Below, one piece after another: positions 43,876 through 61,340 of a stretch of 64,000 nt of DNA. The notes beneath the pieces were generated by a model. It was not told the origin of the DNA, searched no databases, and saw only the letters and a program-made list of their open reading frames with translations. The translations under genes and the position numbers were made by a program. The stretch's first letter is position 1; every line of letters begins with the position of its first letter. Origin of the DNA: the human T2T-CHM13v2.0 reference genome, Homo sapiens; NCBI RefSeq assembly GCF_009914755.1, contig NC_060930.1; one strand, given 5' to 3'.

Positions 43876-44843
43876 CTTATGTCTTGTACAGCCTTTTTTT
43901 TCCCCCTAAACATGAAGAGTAAAAATACGTGCCAGCTTAAGCAGTTATAGACATCATAGAATATCTTAAACTGGAGTCATAAACTGGAGTTTAATGGGGA
44001 AACAGAAAACACTGGGCATCTGGCCAGTGTGGGTGAAGCCCTTGGGATAAGGATCTATGTGGAGACAGGCAACTCTGTCCACCATGGGTCCTTGTAGACA
44101 CTCCATAATGTCTTAATTTTTACCAACCCCTATACTAGATGTCTATATGCAGACTCCTAAATTGAGAATACAAATTTTAACTTTTCAGCTCTCATATTTT
44201 TGTGCATCTACTAAGCATCAGCGATAGAACTATGAACAAGACAGAGACTGCTCCTGAGCCCATGGGCTTGCCCAGTTTCAAAGTGCTGTAAGAAGTGCTA
44301 TGCTGAGGACCAACAGGGCTCAGCCTGGGCCCCACAGAGGAAGGAGAACACTGGCCCAACTCTACCACTTACTTACTGTTTCCTATCTTTAAAACAGGGA
44401 CACCAGCCCTACCTACTACTCAGAGTTGTCACCAAGGCCTGGAGTCACAGAAGTTCTAGGCTGGAAGAAACTTTCTAGGACTAAAAGGTGAAGGCACTGC
44501 AAACTGGAAAGTGCTGCATAGAGGTAGAGGTCTGCCAGGGGGGTTCAGAAATCACATGGATCCCAGTGAGGAAGCACCTACTCAGAAGAAAAAGCAGTGA
44601 GGTGGGCTCTGAAGCTTTCAGACCCAGTGAGGAATGCAGGGGTCGGAGAGGTTTCAGACCACAGCTCACAAACATCCTGCCTCCCTCTGACCCACCAGCA
44701 CCACATACTCCAACCACCTGGTCCACATGCCTTGGGAAGTCCTGCTCCTCAGCGCAGCTGAAATTCTCTCAACTCCTCACAAGCAATGCTGCTTCCTGCC
44801 CCTCAGGCGGGACAGGTATGGCCCCATTCAAAAGTATTTTTCA

Positions 44844-45434
<591 letters not shown>

Positions 45435-48400
45435 ATGTCACAGTTAGATGCAGTGAAAAGAGCTGGACTGGGCATGAGAAAACTCAAGTTCTAGTCCCAA
45501 ATCTGTTACTCTCATATGTGAAATGTGGTTGGCTCCTCAGCTCCCCAAGTCGACATGGTCATCATGAATGGTCTAAACCACAATGGTGGGAATCCACTTC
45601 AGCTTTGTTTTGAAATAAACTGTTCTGAAGCTATAGGTGAGTTAACTCCAACAAAGCCTTGCCCTCAATTATGGGGACCCAGCCTGGAGAAACAAAATCC
45701 AGAGATAACCTTGAAACCTAATTTCAGACAAGGATTTCATCCTTCTTTACCTGCAAACCTTTTACCAGACCTGGCAGTATAACTGATGAGTTAATGCAGT
45801 TGGTTGACAGGATGCTAGTAGACACACGGACAAATGAAAGCCCTGCTCCCTGACCCATGTGTACCTGCCTCTTTGCAGACATCAGCCATGGCCAGCCAGG
45901 AAGGGCGCTGGGTTAGCCTGTGGGGATGGGGCAGCACAGCCCACTCCCTGCCTGGGAAACCCACTGGAGGCCAGGTATAGTATCCCTTGAGAAGGCCAGC
46001 ACCCAAAGGTCTCTCTTTCTCTCCTCTTCCTGTGCTGGGCAGCCCCCTGAGAAGTGGTGCCAATCAACAGGGAGCTCAGTGGGGAGCAGGGAGAGCAGCT
46101 GTGATCACACACTGGATCATCAGTCAAGATCGGCCAAGAACTGTCTCTACTGAGCATGTAAACACTTGGCCTCAAATCAGTTGCCAATCAAGGTTTCATA
46201 ATATCCAAAGGTATCACAATTATTCAAGAGTTCTTGTGAAACTACCAAAATAAAATAAGTTTAATTTTCATTTAAAAAATGCCTGCAGCATGTCTTATGA
46301 AACAGCCTGCCATAATATCAAGCAAATGACAACAGATTACTGTTCCCAAATCTAGCTGGGAATCACCATCTTTATACTGAAAGTTGAGAAGCAAACTCAT
46401 CACCACTTTCAGCCCAGGAAGCCCAAATAATTCAGAAAATTACTAATATTTGGCAAAATAATTCAGCAAGAAGGTGTCGAAAATGCTGGAAAGAACTGAA
46501 TTGTGATCCGTTACCATTCTCCCGGTGGGAAAGAATGAAACAGAAGTCCCATGATTTTAAGTATGAATTACAAAATTAGAGGAAGAAAAGACATGCAGCT
46601 GCTGGTACAGATTCGAATTTCAGTTAAGCATTTGAGTCCAGTATCATACAATTTTTGTCAAAAACAAGATTTCTCAGCCACTGAGAAAGAAAATGAAAGA
46701 CCATGAGAAGAGGCCAAGAAAGGCAATGAGAGGCCCGAGCAAGGACACTGAGGAGGCTGCGCACGGGGAGGTTGGAGCGGAACGGCCTTGGGCTCCCACC
46801 TGCACAGTAGGATCTCACCCCCGGATTGACCCCGGCCCTGGCCCTCCTCCACACTCTTGACACAGGAGGAGGCACGCCTCCAGTGAATTCTGCCTCACGG
46901 TGGCTGCTGCCCTCCTAAGTGCAAGGCTGGGCTTGAGAATTTCAGGGGAGAAACTCAGTAGTGAGTGCTTCTCCTCAGCTGCAGCAGCTGGTACTTAGTG
47001 GCTCTTAATTTCCCTGCTTTCTGTGCTACTTCCCAAAGGCACACAGAAAGCGGACTGGACATCTGTGCCAGAGGTGACTAGCTTCAGGAGTGCCGATGGT
47101 GGCAAGGCCTCTCTGCACATGCTTTGGTCAGGTCCCCCTCACCTCATCAACAGCCAAGAGCACATCCCTCAATGTGGCTGGTCCTTAGGAGTCACACCCA
47201 CTGGCCAGAGGTCCTGAGCACCAAGCCCTCAAGCAATAAGCTCCCAACTCCTCCAGAGGCTGTGGCTAGTTAGCAGCAGGGTTCCATCTGGAACCCAGGT
47301 CTCTGACTACAGTAACTAACCTAGAGCTCTTTCCTCACATTTCTTCAGCAGTTATCTAGCAGAGGGAGTAGGATCATGAGCGGAGCCAGCCACTTCAGCA
47401 AAGAAAGTGTGATGAAGTCCATGAACCCAGAGAATAAAGCCCTTTGGCCTGTCAGGGGCAGATTCTTAAGGGCACAGAAGGGGAAAAACAACAAAAGCAA
47501 GTTTATATTCACAGGGAAACATAATCTGTGATTATAAATATTTTATGGGCAAAGAAAGCAGCACTGGCTGAGAGACTGGGGTGGAGAGGGTGGACAGCAA
47601 ATTAGATTCCAGCCTGCAAAGTGATAGGGCAGCTGGAAAAGCAGCAAAGCCGAGGCTATTCTGGGCTGTGCTGCGAGGGCCTGCGTCACAGGCCCTGGCC
47701 ACAGTCTTTGTTGAAACCACAGCCTTCCAGCGGTCAGCACAGAACACCTTGGGGAGAGGGTTTAAGTCCATGAAGACCAGAGGAGGGGACAGCGAGGACA
47801 GAGGAGAGTCATCTGAATGACTCTGGTGAACCTCAACAGCAGGGAGGCAGGTGAGGGGAGGCAGCACCCTGCAAGCACGTGAAAGGAAGACACTTCCTGC
47901 TGACTAAGGGCAGAGGAAGAAGTGAGGCTGACCCCAGAAAGCAAGCCACCTGAGAAGCCAGAAGGCAGCTTGGGTCAAGCTGCCCCAGTGAGAGCAAAGG
48001 TCCAGCCCTTGAGCAAGTGGTGCCAGGCTAAGAACAATTCCACCCTCCCTTTGCCTCAGGCCAGGGTTCTCTACCTCCCACAGCCTTTAGGAAGTAGCAC
48101 AGAAAGCAGGGACATTCAGAACCTGCTGAGCACCAGCTCCTGCCACTGGAGAGAACCACCACTGGCAAAGCAGGCCCTGGTTTCGATGATTCCTCCTCCT
48201 TGGCCACATCCAACCACTGCAGCAGAGCATGTCCTTCCAGAGGGCCAGAAGGAAAGGATATTAGCTCCTAAAATACCCAGAGTACCTTGAATCAGGCTTA
48301 GTCAGAGGAGCCCTGGGGAGCGATGTGCTCCTCCAATGGAAGATGTAAAACTAAGAGCCTCTGCCTCATTGCAGTCAACGTTCAGTGGGCAACGGACTCC

Positions 48401-48649
48401 AAGGTGTGCCCACAGAACTCAGGAAAATCAGAACATCAGCCTCTAGAATCACAGCTAGTAAGAATCAGGTCAAGATGGAGTAGACTCATCAATTACGAAA
48501 GGAAGACCCAATGATGTTGTGGGAGGACCCTGGGTTGGAAGTCACAGAATCCAGCTCTGAGACCAGCTTTACCACTTCATAACTGTAGAACCTTGAGAAA
48601 TCACCTCTTACCTCTGAAACTCAGTGTCCTCAGTGTTATTCCAATTTAA

Positions 48650-49700
48650 GAGATTTATATCCAGCTACCTACTCGACATCTCTTCAATGTCTCAAAGGCA
48701 CCTCCATTCAGCTTGCCCACAACTGCTCTTCCTCCCTAATCCTCCAGCCTAGCTCCAAGTTCAACACAACCAACCATCCAGGCATAGAAGCCGGAAACCT
48801 CAGACCCATCCCTGGCCTTTCCCCATTAGTATTCCCCATTACTAACCCATTACCAAGTCAACTCCACCTCCTAAAGATGCCCACTGCCCTCCACCACCAT
48901 CCTGGTCCATATTATCACCTCGCATATAGTCTATTGCAAAGCACACACTCACCCATTCTGGCCTCCCTGAGGAGCTCTCTGCAGAGCAAATCTAACCATG
49001 TCTCCCCTCCCACCAGCTTTATCCCACTTGCTAAATTACTCTCCAACAACATCCCAGTGCCCCCAGTATGAGGAAAATCTTCCGAGGGCTCGTAAGGCCC
49101 CACTCCTCTTTTGGCTTCAACCCACACCATGTTCCCTCTTGTGGCTCCAGCCACACTGGCTTTTTCTTCTAGACCTGGCATTTATCCCATTCCCTCCTGT
49201 CACAGGGTTTGTGCACATGCCCTTCCTTCTACCAGCAACATCTCCTCCTCTTCTCTCACCTAGCTAATGCCTATTCATTTATTTCACTGTGAGTGAAGTG
49301 CACTAAAGTATACAGCTCAGTAAGTATTTACAGATGTCTATCTTCATGGAACTCCCACACAGATCTAGATTTAGAACATTCCTGAGACCCAGAAGTTTCC
49401 CTCTTTCCCCTTTCCAGTCTACACCTTCCCTACCCACCAGGTAACCACTACTGACTTCTATCACTGTACCTATTCGGACTGCAGCTGATGCAATCCTTCC
49501 TCAGGGAGCTGCCTCTGATCCCATTGAAAAACTCTTAGCTCCTTTATCACAGACCCTTGCTACACTTGGGACTTTGCACTTGTTTGAGGAATTGATTCAT
49601 GTTAGTTTCCCCTGGGACTCTATAAGCTCCAGGAAGGCAGGGGCCACACCTGCTTTTACTCACCTTTGTTTTCTCAGTGCTGACCCATGCAGTCGTGACA
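48650..49700 (+). mobile_element. L2 fragments (with an L1 piece ~49290-49470)
   Basis: ctactcgacatctcttcaatgtctcaaaggcacctc, gtggctccagccacactggc, ataagctccaggaaggcagggg. Confidence 0.65.
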
Positions 49701-49749
49701 ATAGGAAATAGCTAATTCCTATTTCTAAAAGTATCTATTGAGTGTTTTG

Positions 49750-49882
49750 TGTTTTTTTTTTTTTTAAAGAGACAGGTCTTGCCATGTTGCTAAGGCTGGA
49801 TTCAACTCTTGGGCTCAAGTGCTCCTCCTAATTCAGCTTCCTGAGGAGCTGAGACTACAAGCATGGGCCACCATGCCCAACC
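49750..49882 (-). mobile_element. FLAM/Alu monomer
   Basis: Monomer match. Confidence 0.8.
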
Positions 49883-50196
49883 TGAGTGCTTATTATTGCC
49901 AGGTTATCATTCTAAGCACTTACAGGTACAAACTCATTTAATCTTCACATCAATTCTATCAAGAAGGACCATTATTACATCCCCCTTTTACAGGTAAGGA
50001 AACTGAGCCACAGAAAAGTAAAATAATTTGCCTACAGTCATTAAGTGGTAGAGTCAGGATTCAAACCCTTACAGTCTGGCTACAAGAGCCTGTGTTCCTA
50101 ATTATTATCCTACTCTGACTCTCAGAAGCCACTGTGATTAGTTACTCATTTAATGAGTTAACTACCTAAGGTATTCTAAATAAATAAATAAAAAAG

Positions 50197-50509
<313 letters not shown>

Positions 50510-51111
50510 TTACAAATAAGTTGATGAGGTTCCACTAAAGAAACTAAGGGAGCCTCTAAATCTTCCCATGCAGACCAACAGATGAACGAAAGATAACTGT
50601 CACTGAATCACCTGCACAGGCCCAAGATTATGTCATCTGCAAAATTTAAGAATGTATCCATTTCTCCAGCAGTCCAGGAAGGAAGCTCTGCTACTGGGCA
50701 CAGAGGAGTGTTCCGGCAGACTATCCAGAATAAAGAAAGGATTACTGTCTGGGCTTTACTGCTGCCTAAAAGAAATGTTCACTAGATTAAATCAGCCTCT
50801 CTGCTCTTATTCCATGCTAACCCGGTCATCTTTATAACCATTTAAAGCCTCAAGCCCACTAATACAGGAAGAGGATATTTTGGATGAGAAAAATAAAAAC
50901 AAATATCTTTTGGTTAGAGCCACGGTACATTTATAAATTGGCATTTGGTGTGTACCTCAGTTTTCCAGGGCCTGACAGTCCTGGATGAACTTATAGGGTC
51001 CAAACCAGAAAAGCAAGGGCTCAGACCCTGGCACCAAGGCTGCTCCATGTAAAGAATGCTACCCCGTGTGGCCAGACTCGGGTAAGCCACCTTTCAACTG
51101 CTTCAGTGTAA

Positions 51112-51168
51112 TTTATTTTCCCACATCCCAGAAAGCTCTGGAAAAACACATAAATGAATACATTTATT
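51112..51168 (-). terminator. MRPL14 polyadenylation signals (two AATAAA)
   Basis: tttatt on + at 51163-51168 and 51112-51117; GU/U-rich tgtgtttttcc lies just downstream of the first. Confidence 0.75.
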
Positions 51169-51299
51169 CTCTCACAGGATACTACACTGTTACCCAGTGT
51201 GAAGGGAGCAGCCATGTGGCTCCCAAGCTCCCTTAGCAAAAGGGTGGTTCTCAGAACTGCTCCATTCACGAGTCCTGCAACCAGAGGCCTGGGCTCAAC

Positions 51300-51809
<510 letters not shown>

Positions 51810-52068
51810 TCAGGACTTTGTGAAGACTTATCTGTACCCACAACAGTTTCCTCACAATTGAGAGCTTCTGCTGTTGTGTCAAGGTCTCAATTTGGATGGG
51901 TTTTAAAGAGAACCCAATTTTTCTGTGACAATGAACTTCACAGCAGCCATAACTTAAAGCCTTTGCTTTCCAAAAGGACTCTAAGGACTTAAAGGAATCC
52001 CTTATGGGCTAGGCCTCACCCACTGCCTATCCTGAAAAACCTGCTTCCCCAGAATACACCATTCCCTA

Positions 52069-52365
<297 letters not shown>

Positions 52366-52639
52366 CCCTAATTTTCTTATTTACATGTTGCTGGGAACTA
52401 GAAGATATGGGTAAGTTTACTAAGGGAATTCTCTGACACAACATACCAGAAACTGGTAATAAGTCAAGGTAACAATCTTCTGTTTTAATACATTTTTTCT
52501 CATTAGAAAAAAAAATTTTAGAGAGTACTTATTGAAGGCAGACAAGGTATTATTAAGCAAGCTGATTACAGTGGGATTCCTATTTTCCTGATGCTAGCAC
52601 CTGATGCTGGTGTTTCCGCAGGGTAATCCTAGGACCTCT

Positions 52640-53520
52640 TCTCTCGTTTTTTTATGCCTACTCTGGGCAATCTTACCCATTAGCATTGCTGCCAACTAGT
52701 AAATTCCATCTCCAGCCCCGCCTCTCTTCTATATTCTAGTTCTATATATTTCCACTCTCCTCAACTCCCTACAACATGCTCTATAGATACTGCAAACTCA
52801 GTAGGTCCCAAACTCATCTCACTGCCTCCCCTTGCAAACCTCCGCCTGCTGCTACACTTATCTAGACGATGGCTTCTCCAGCAGTACCAGAAGCCAAGCC
52901 ATAAACCTCTCTCCACCAACATGAACTGGCCACCAAGTCCTGTTAATATCACCCCCTAAGCACCTATGTCCTTTCTCTCCAATCCCGCCAACAACTTCCT
53001 TCATTTAGCAGCTCACTCTCCTACACCAAGACTGTGACATTAGTGTCCTAGTTGGTTCCCATTGCACTTCACTTTGCCAACAAAGAGCTCTCTTTAGAAT
53101 ATAAAAGTGATGCTACTCCCCACCATCTACACTGTCAACAACCTTGTCCCAATTTACCTACCTTCTAAGGCTACACATCCTACCACTCTGGGCAGGAGAA
53201 CCAGGAACCACTTCCCCAAGCACACCCTGCCTCCCAATTCTCCCTGGAGGCCTAGACAGGATCTGCCCCCATCTCCCTTTTGAGAAGACTGCCTCCACTC
53301 TTTCTCCTCCTCTTCCTCCACTAGCAGCTCCTATATGACGCCTTCCAAAGCACTGTACAATCCTCTATTATAATATTCTATCACATTTTCTTAGAGTTAC
53401 TTATTTTCAAGTTTGCTCCTGTGGCTGACAGTGAGAATTCTTTCAGGACAGAAAGCAACTCTCTTTCATCTCTGTATGGCCAACCCCAGGTGCGGTGCTC
53501 AGGAAATGCCTGTGGGATGA
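52640..53520 (+). mobile_element. L2 fragments
   Basis: atctccagccccgcctctc, gcaaactcagtaggtcccaaactcatc, caccaagtcctg, and L2 3'-end-like sequence. Confidence 0.55.
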
Positions 53521-53997
53521 GGGCATGACGGGGCCAGGAGGCATGTCTGCCAACAAGCGTGCCTCCTGTGCTCTCCTGGCTTAGCATCTACAAGGAGGGG
53601 AGGGTGTCACACTTCTATCATGCTCAAGTTCTTGGTAATAAGCATGTATTATTTTTGTAATTAAAAAAATTCCGTTTTTAAAAGGATTTTAATGCTCTAG
53701 GGGAATGATAGGGTTGAGAGATGTCAGATTCACTGTAAGAGTCTTGCAAGGACTGAAGAGTAAAAGCTTCCGCCATATGCCATTCCCCATCACACTTCTA
53801 ACAGCAACATCACCTCTTTACCTATCCCCCATCCTGTGACCAGACCAACCAGGCCAGCTCAGCCTGATCACTTTAGCTTTCCCCAACCCCATGCCCACCT
53901 CCCTGAGTTTTTACTCCTGTTCTAGTCACCGTAATACCCAGCCCTGATAGGAAGCTTACACAAAGACACAGTTTTAAGAACTTAATGGGAAAAGTTA

Positions 53998-54126
<129 letters not shown>

Positions 54127-55127
54127 TCAGAGCCCTTAAAGCCAGTTTTCTTTGGGGACTTGTGTGGGAGATGGCACTTCCAGCACAAGATCATTAGTCA
54201 CAAAATATAAATCTTAGTGGTTAAAGGATACACAGATGATTAGACAGAGCTGTAGCTCCGATTTTGCTGATTCACATTCTAACTCTGGGGTTGGAGAGGG
54301 AGAATGGCCCACAACAGCTTCTGCTATAAAAAAATACAACAGCACGGAGAATGCCTTCCTTATTATATCACTTCCACAGGCAGGAGGAAAATATGAGCCC
54401 TTGGCTATAAACCCAGCCAGGGACTTCTTCTCGAGTCCTCCATAGAGGAAAAACTGCACACTATTGCCCTTTTTGATATTCATATGCCTTCTGAAACCAG
54501 CACTTTAACTCCCTAAAAGAAAGTAAATTATCTAAGCAGCCACCCAAGTTGTCTATCACTACATCACCTTTCCCCCAAATGTAAAGGCCAGAACACCTGT
54601 ACAACTCAAGGCCAGCAAAGCAAAGCCAAAGGCTGCTCTTGCCAAGTCAAAGACCAAAGTCTTTATTTGGGTCAGTCTCCCAAACAACACTGTAACATGG
54701 AAAACTGACCTACACCATACTACAGCTGAAAGTGGGCTTTGGGAAACCAACTTGAAGAGTTAGCTAAAAGAGCAAACACCAACCCAAGACTTGTGACTCC
54801 AGTTTTCAGAATCTCAACCCTGTTGCTCCCTAGCACTAACAAATATGGAGGCTGCCAGTGCCCTGAAACACCTGAACATCACTTCAGAGCATGCTTCAGA
54901 AAGGCCTGTAGCCAGCTGCAAAACACACCTGTTTTTCCACCCAAACGTTTGGCAGCAGAGGTGCCCATTCAAGAGGTCTGCCGAGAAAAGCCTCTACACT
55001 GTAGTATTTACACACAGCTTTGCTATGCACAAGTTCAAACCACCTCAGATAAGATTTTATTTAATAAGAATGTTAGGGTGGGGCAGGGGAATCCACTCCT
55101 CCCCAGGAATACCTAGACACTCCATAC

Positions 55128-55450
55128 TTTTTTTTCTTTCCTTGAGACAAGTCTTGCTCTGTCACCCATGCTGGAATGTAGTGGTGCAACTGCAGCTCAC
55201 TGCAGTCCCGAACTCCCCAAGCTCAGGTGATCCTCCCACCTCAGCCTCCCAAGTAGTCAGGACCACAGACATGCACCAGGACGCCTGGCTAATTTTTTGT
55301 GTTTTTTTTTTTTTTTTTTTTTTTTTGTAGAGATGATGGTCTCACTATGTTGCCCAGGCTGGCCTTGAACTCCTGAGTTCATGCAATCCTCCCGCCTCAG
55401 CCCCGCAAAGTGCTGGGATTATGGGTGTGAGCCACCCACCACACCTGGCC
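55128..55450 (-). mobile_element. AluJ-like element
   Basis: Alu match. Confidence 0.9.
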
Positions 55451-56142
55451 TTTAAATGCTTATTAACTACAATTTAGCCTCAAATCCCAAACTTACTCCC
55501 AAATGTTTTCCTTAAGACAACCCATGAAGCATCAGCCAAAATGTAATTATGATCAGAAAAATCAAATGCAAAAGAAGGCAGCTAATGTATGCAACTACTA
55601 ACATCTGACACACAGAGAATCACAGACTACCAAATGAGACTAGCTTTACTTTTACTGGTGAGATGACCCTGGACAAGTAACCAAACTGTTGAGCTTTGGT
55701 TTACCATCTGTAACACAGGGATACTAATAGTATCTGCCCCCAAGGTAGTTATGAGGATTCAATTAGATAAGCCATGCAAAGCACTTAGCACAGTGCCTGG
55801 CACTCATTACCTATTAGCTATCATCATCATGATGTCATATATCATTTTAAAGATTAGAAAATTGATATACAGGCAGATTAAGTGACTTGTGTAGAGTCCC
55901 ACAATTAGTCAAGGGCAGAAACAGAACTGGATCCAGGTTCAGTCCAAGAGTGTTCCAACCGCACTCTGCAGCCTTGCTCTGCTATACCAAAGCTCATTTC
56001 ACAGGAGAGCCCTGGGTGTCAAGCAGCTTTAAGGGTCATTTGGCCTCTTTCTGTTTCTTTATTTATGAACACTTATCAAATGGTTACAATGTGTCACACA
56101 GCAGGCTAAGTGTCTTACATTACTATCTCATTTAAACCTCAT

Positions 56143-56446
56143 GGCCGGGCACGGTGGCTCACGCCTGTAATCCCAGCACTTTGGGAGGCCGAGGTGGGCA
56201 GATCACCTGAGGTCGGGAGTTTGAGGTCAGTCTGACTAACATGGAGAAACCCTGTCTCTACTAAAAATACAAAATTAGCCAGGCGTGGTGGCACATGTCT
56301 GTAATCCCAGCTACTCAGGAAGCTGAGGCAGGAGAATCGCTTGAATCCAGGAGGTGGAAGTTGCGGTGAGCCGAGATCGCATCATTGCACTCCAGCCTGG
56401 GCAACAAGGGCAAAACTCCGTCTCAAAAATAAATAAATAAAATAAA
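56143..56446 (+). mobile_element. AluSp-like element inside a MIR
   Basis: Alu match. Confidence 0.93.
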
Positions 56447-56700
56447 CCTAAAAAAACCCTATGAAATGGGTACAATTATTATTAGCCTCATTGTTATACA
56501 CAAGGAAATAAAGCCCAGAGAGGTTAAATAACTTGCCCAAGGTCACATGGCTAGGAATGACTAGGCTGAAATATGAACCCCAGTTGTGGGCTTCCTAAAC
56601 CCATGCTCTTACTCAACAGAGTAAACATGGCAACTTTAATTTAAATATTAATATTTTACAACTATTAAATCATTCTTGTTCCATCAAGAATACTGACGTC

Positions 56701-57010
<310 letters not shown>

Positions 57011-59117
57011 TCACATGCACATTTTACTCACAGCCAATTCAGTGCTTGCTGAATCAACTGAAATGTAGACACATATCAGGTGAAAATTATTCACTTTAAG
57101 TTTTGAAGACAATTTGTAGTGTAGGAGGCAAGAAGAGATCAATACTCAGAGCAATAACTAAAAACTAGCAAAAAACAACAAAACAAAACTTCTGAAAAGC
57201 AGAGTCCTTCTGGTCCAGGCTGCAGTTAACTCAAATCCCTGCCAAGCTGTTCCCATCTGATGCTGGCAGGTCCTTGGCTCCTTGAGAGAGAAGAGCGTCC
57301 TGAACGACGCCACAGAACCCTCAAGATTAACCCAGCACCACCCACATTCCCTCTCCCGAGAAGTGCAACACCCTGCCTCTCAACACCGCACTGCTTCCTC
57401 AAGAACACTGACATTAGTCCAAGAACTGCAGAAGCACTTAAGGGCTTCCCAGAACTTTCTTGACTCAGGTATCATCACAAAGCACCTCCCTACACTCTGT
57501 AAGGCTGTCAGTGCACAAACACAAACTCAGGCCTCCTCTCTGCACCTTGCTCACAAGCCATCTCCACAACCAACACTCATCTCTGCCCAGACAAATGTGA
57601 CCCAGCTCCACAAGCATCTCCTCCACAAAGTCTTGTGTCAAACGGCAGCATCAATTGCTACCCCTCCTGAACACTGGGACATCCTTGTGCCAGTGCAACA
57701 CTCACTGAACCAATATTCACTATCCAAACACCCACAATGAGTAAATTTGTATACTTTGAGATAAGTCTGATGTCCTTTAACATTCTATTTCTTCCCACTC
57801 ACTATCCAAAATTCAGAAACCAGATATTCTGACAACATGGCAACTGAACGTGCTACAGGAATTCAGGAGCCACACAGACTTCGATGGTAAGGATTACCTG
57901 TACTGCCCTCAAACCCAAGAGTGATATATTCATGTCTCTAGGAAGCACTTCCCAATTCAGTGACTTTTCACTAGCTTTTTAGTGGATCTGATATTGACGT
58001 CTAGACCTAAACCCAAAGGACTCAGACATCAAATGGCCAGCAGTTAGCATTCCTATGAACTTGAAAGCACAAAAGAATCAAATATTCACTTATTGTATAT
58101 ATGTCCCTTATCCCTCCAAAAAAACAAACTGTTATACCCTCCTCTTCCACCCTAGCAAAAGACCCCAGCCAGTCCTGATAACAGTAGGAGTGCAATAAAT
58201 ACTTGTTGAATAAAATAAATGAGGTAGCCAGGAGAAAGACAGGTCCCCCATGGCTCTGACGGAGGGAAATCCAGAAACGGCAGAGCTCTTATCTGTATTT
58301 TTGGAATCAGGACATGTCAGGCAAACATGCTGTAAGAGAATGATGGTGCTAATCATGGAGGATTAGCCCGTGCTTTGTTTCCAGGCCCCCTGGACTCACC
58401 TCCTGGGCCTGGTGCCTACACTGCCTACTATGGAAAATGCCTGATCCCACCACTAAAATAACTGTTTCAGATCAGGGAAGAGCAATGGAGGCAGCAATTT
58501 ACTTCAAAGCAACTCTGATGGACCCTGATATTATTTCCTAGCATAAATCCACCCTATGGACACAGACCCTGAATCACTTCAGACCTAGTCTATATACAAT
58601 GGTTGTTTTACAAGCAATGTCACTCTGGATCTTGTGCACAGGAGACTGACTTCAATGACAGTTCCTTCTCTACAACACTCTCACTTAGAGGAGGCCAGGT
58701 ATTTGGAAAACTTTGGCGCCAGAGATGGCATTTCATGCCACTTCCTGGTCAGCACTAAGTATTACCCTCCTGTTTTAGAATATGAATCACAACTTCTCCT
58801 TAAAAAGAGCTGGGGTGGGGGGTGGGAAGAGAGGGTGGGTGGAAGGAAAAGAAAAAAGAAATTCATACAATCTAAGCCATGCTAATTTTCCATCTTGCTT
58901 TAAGATCTCCCTTCAGTTGTAGAGGCAAGGGAGGACTATGGATTTCAATGGAATATGGGGGAATTGCCATCGCCCTACAGATCCCATTGGAATGTATGCT
59001 CTGTGAGAGCAGGGACCAGCCCTTGCTCTGCTCAGTGCCAGACACTCAGTGCCCAGAACTGTGCCTAGCACACCTACAGCTTAGTGACTCTCTGTTAGGT
59101 GGACAGAACTGATTTAT

Positions 59118-59411
<294 letters not shown>

Positions 59412-59425
59412 GAACTGATTTATAA

Positions 59426-59840
<415 letters not shown>

Positions 59841-61186
59841 CAGAGAGCTCATTTTTAGCTACTCTGAGTTGGAAGGGCAGACACAAAGACCCTGTACCTC
59901 TGATGCTTTGTGGAAAGCTGGAAAGTACCATTACTTTAAGTTTTGAGGATCAGCAAAATATAATTAGTATCACAGATCTATATATAATTACACATTGTTT
60001 CTACCTAAACAATTTCAATCTTTAGGTGCCTGGCCGGTTACATTTTAAAGACCTTTCAAGGAAAATGGCCTCTAAGTAGTACTTAGATATGATAGAAAAA
60101 GGAGAAAACAAAAAGTTCAGCACAATCACAAATGAGCCTTTAAAGGAGGTTCTGCTAGTATGTAACGGACGGGAAAAGAGACACTGAGAAATCAAATGGA
60201 AAGCCCAGACACAAAAAGGACAAACTCTGCCAGCGTGAGGATATAAATGTCCTTCTTAATCAAAGTAGGAAAAGCAAAGGCCTGGCAGCTCTAATAAATC
60301 AAAAACAAAAAGGAATTCTTGGGACCCTCTGTCCTGTCATGCAAACACAACCCCTCCCACCTCAGGTTTCTCCTCAATCATTCTGGACCAATAAGTACTT
60401 TCATTTGTTGCTTACAGACTCATTACTGTTTTTGCTGCCCAACTATTTCCTTTTAGGAAGTTTGGTGTGTGCGTGGTTTTGTAACCTCACACAATAGCCA
60501 CAATAGCATGTTATAAATCTCAAAGTACTTTCACACAGATCACTTTCTTTGAAGATTTCAGTCCTAGCACCCAATGGAAACAAAGACAAACAGGAAAGAC
60601 CAACAGTCTGCAAGGGGGCTGAATCTGCTAAGGATTTTAAATAGTTCTGCAGGCTCCACAGAGTTGGAGAAATGAAGACAGAAATGCTAAGATTTGTTGA
60701 TTGACTCGTCCAAGGTTACAAGGCAACAAGGCCCAGACCAGAGCCCAAGGCTGTTTTTATTAAACACTGCACAATATTTGCACAGTGAAGATGCTGCTTT
60801 AGCCACTAATAAGCTACATGGATAAAATAAATGTTCCACATGCAGGGCAAGTACACCTTCTCCTTTGGCAAGGCTGCAACATAATCTTTAAAAAACTCAG
60901 GAAACAAAAAGCCATCTCTTCAATAAATATCTGCACTACACTCAGGACAGCCTCGGACCAAAGCTAAAGCTGATTTTGAGTGGTCTGCCAAGGTGTGAGT
61001 TCTCACAGCAGCACTATCAATAAGTAAAGTATCCCTCAATAGCATGATCAGCTGTTTCCACCACAGCTACCACTTAGAAAACCCCATTTCTCAACCCCAT
61101 TTCACAAAGGGAAAACATGTCTAGGGTTCTTGTCCTATATTTGTTTATATAACTTATGCCCCACCTTGTTGCAAAAGTATTTAAAT

Positions 61187-61340
61187 TAGGGCGTGGTGGT
61201 TCACACCTGTAATTACACCACTTTGGGAGGCTGAGGGAGGAGGAACACTGGAGCTCAGGGGTTGGGGATTGCAGTGAGCCATAATTTCAGCACAACACTA
61301 CAGCCTGGGTGACAGAGCGAGACCCTGCCTCAAAAAAAAA
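61187..61340 (+). mobile_element. Alu monomer (FRAM/FAM-like)
   Basis: Diverged monomer plus A tail. Confidence 0.75.
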
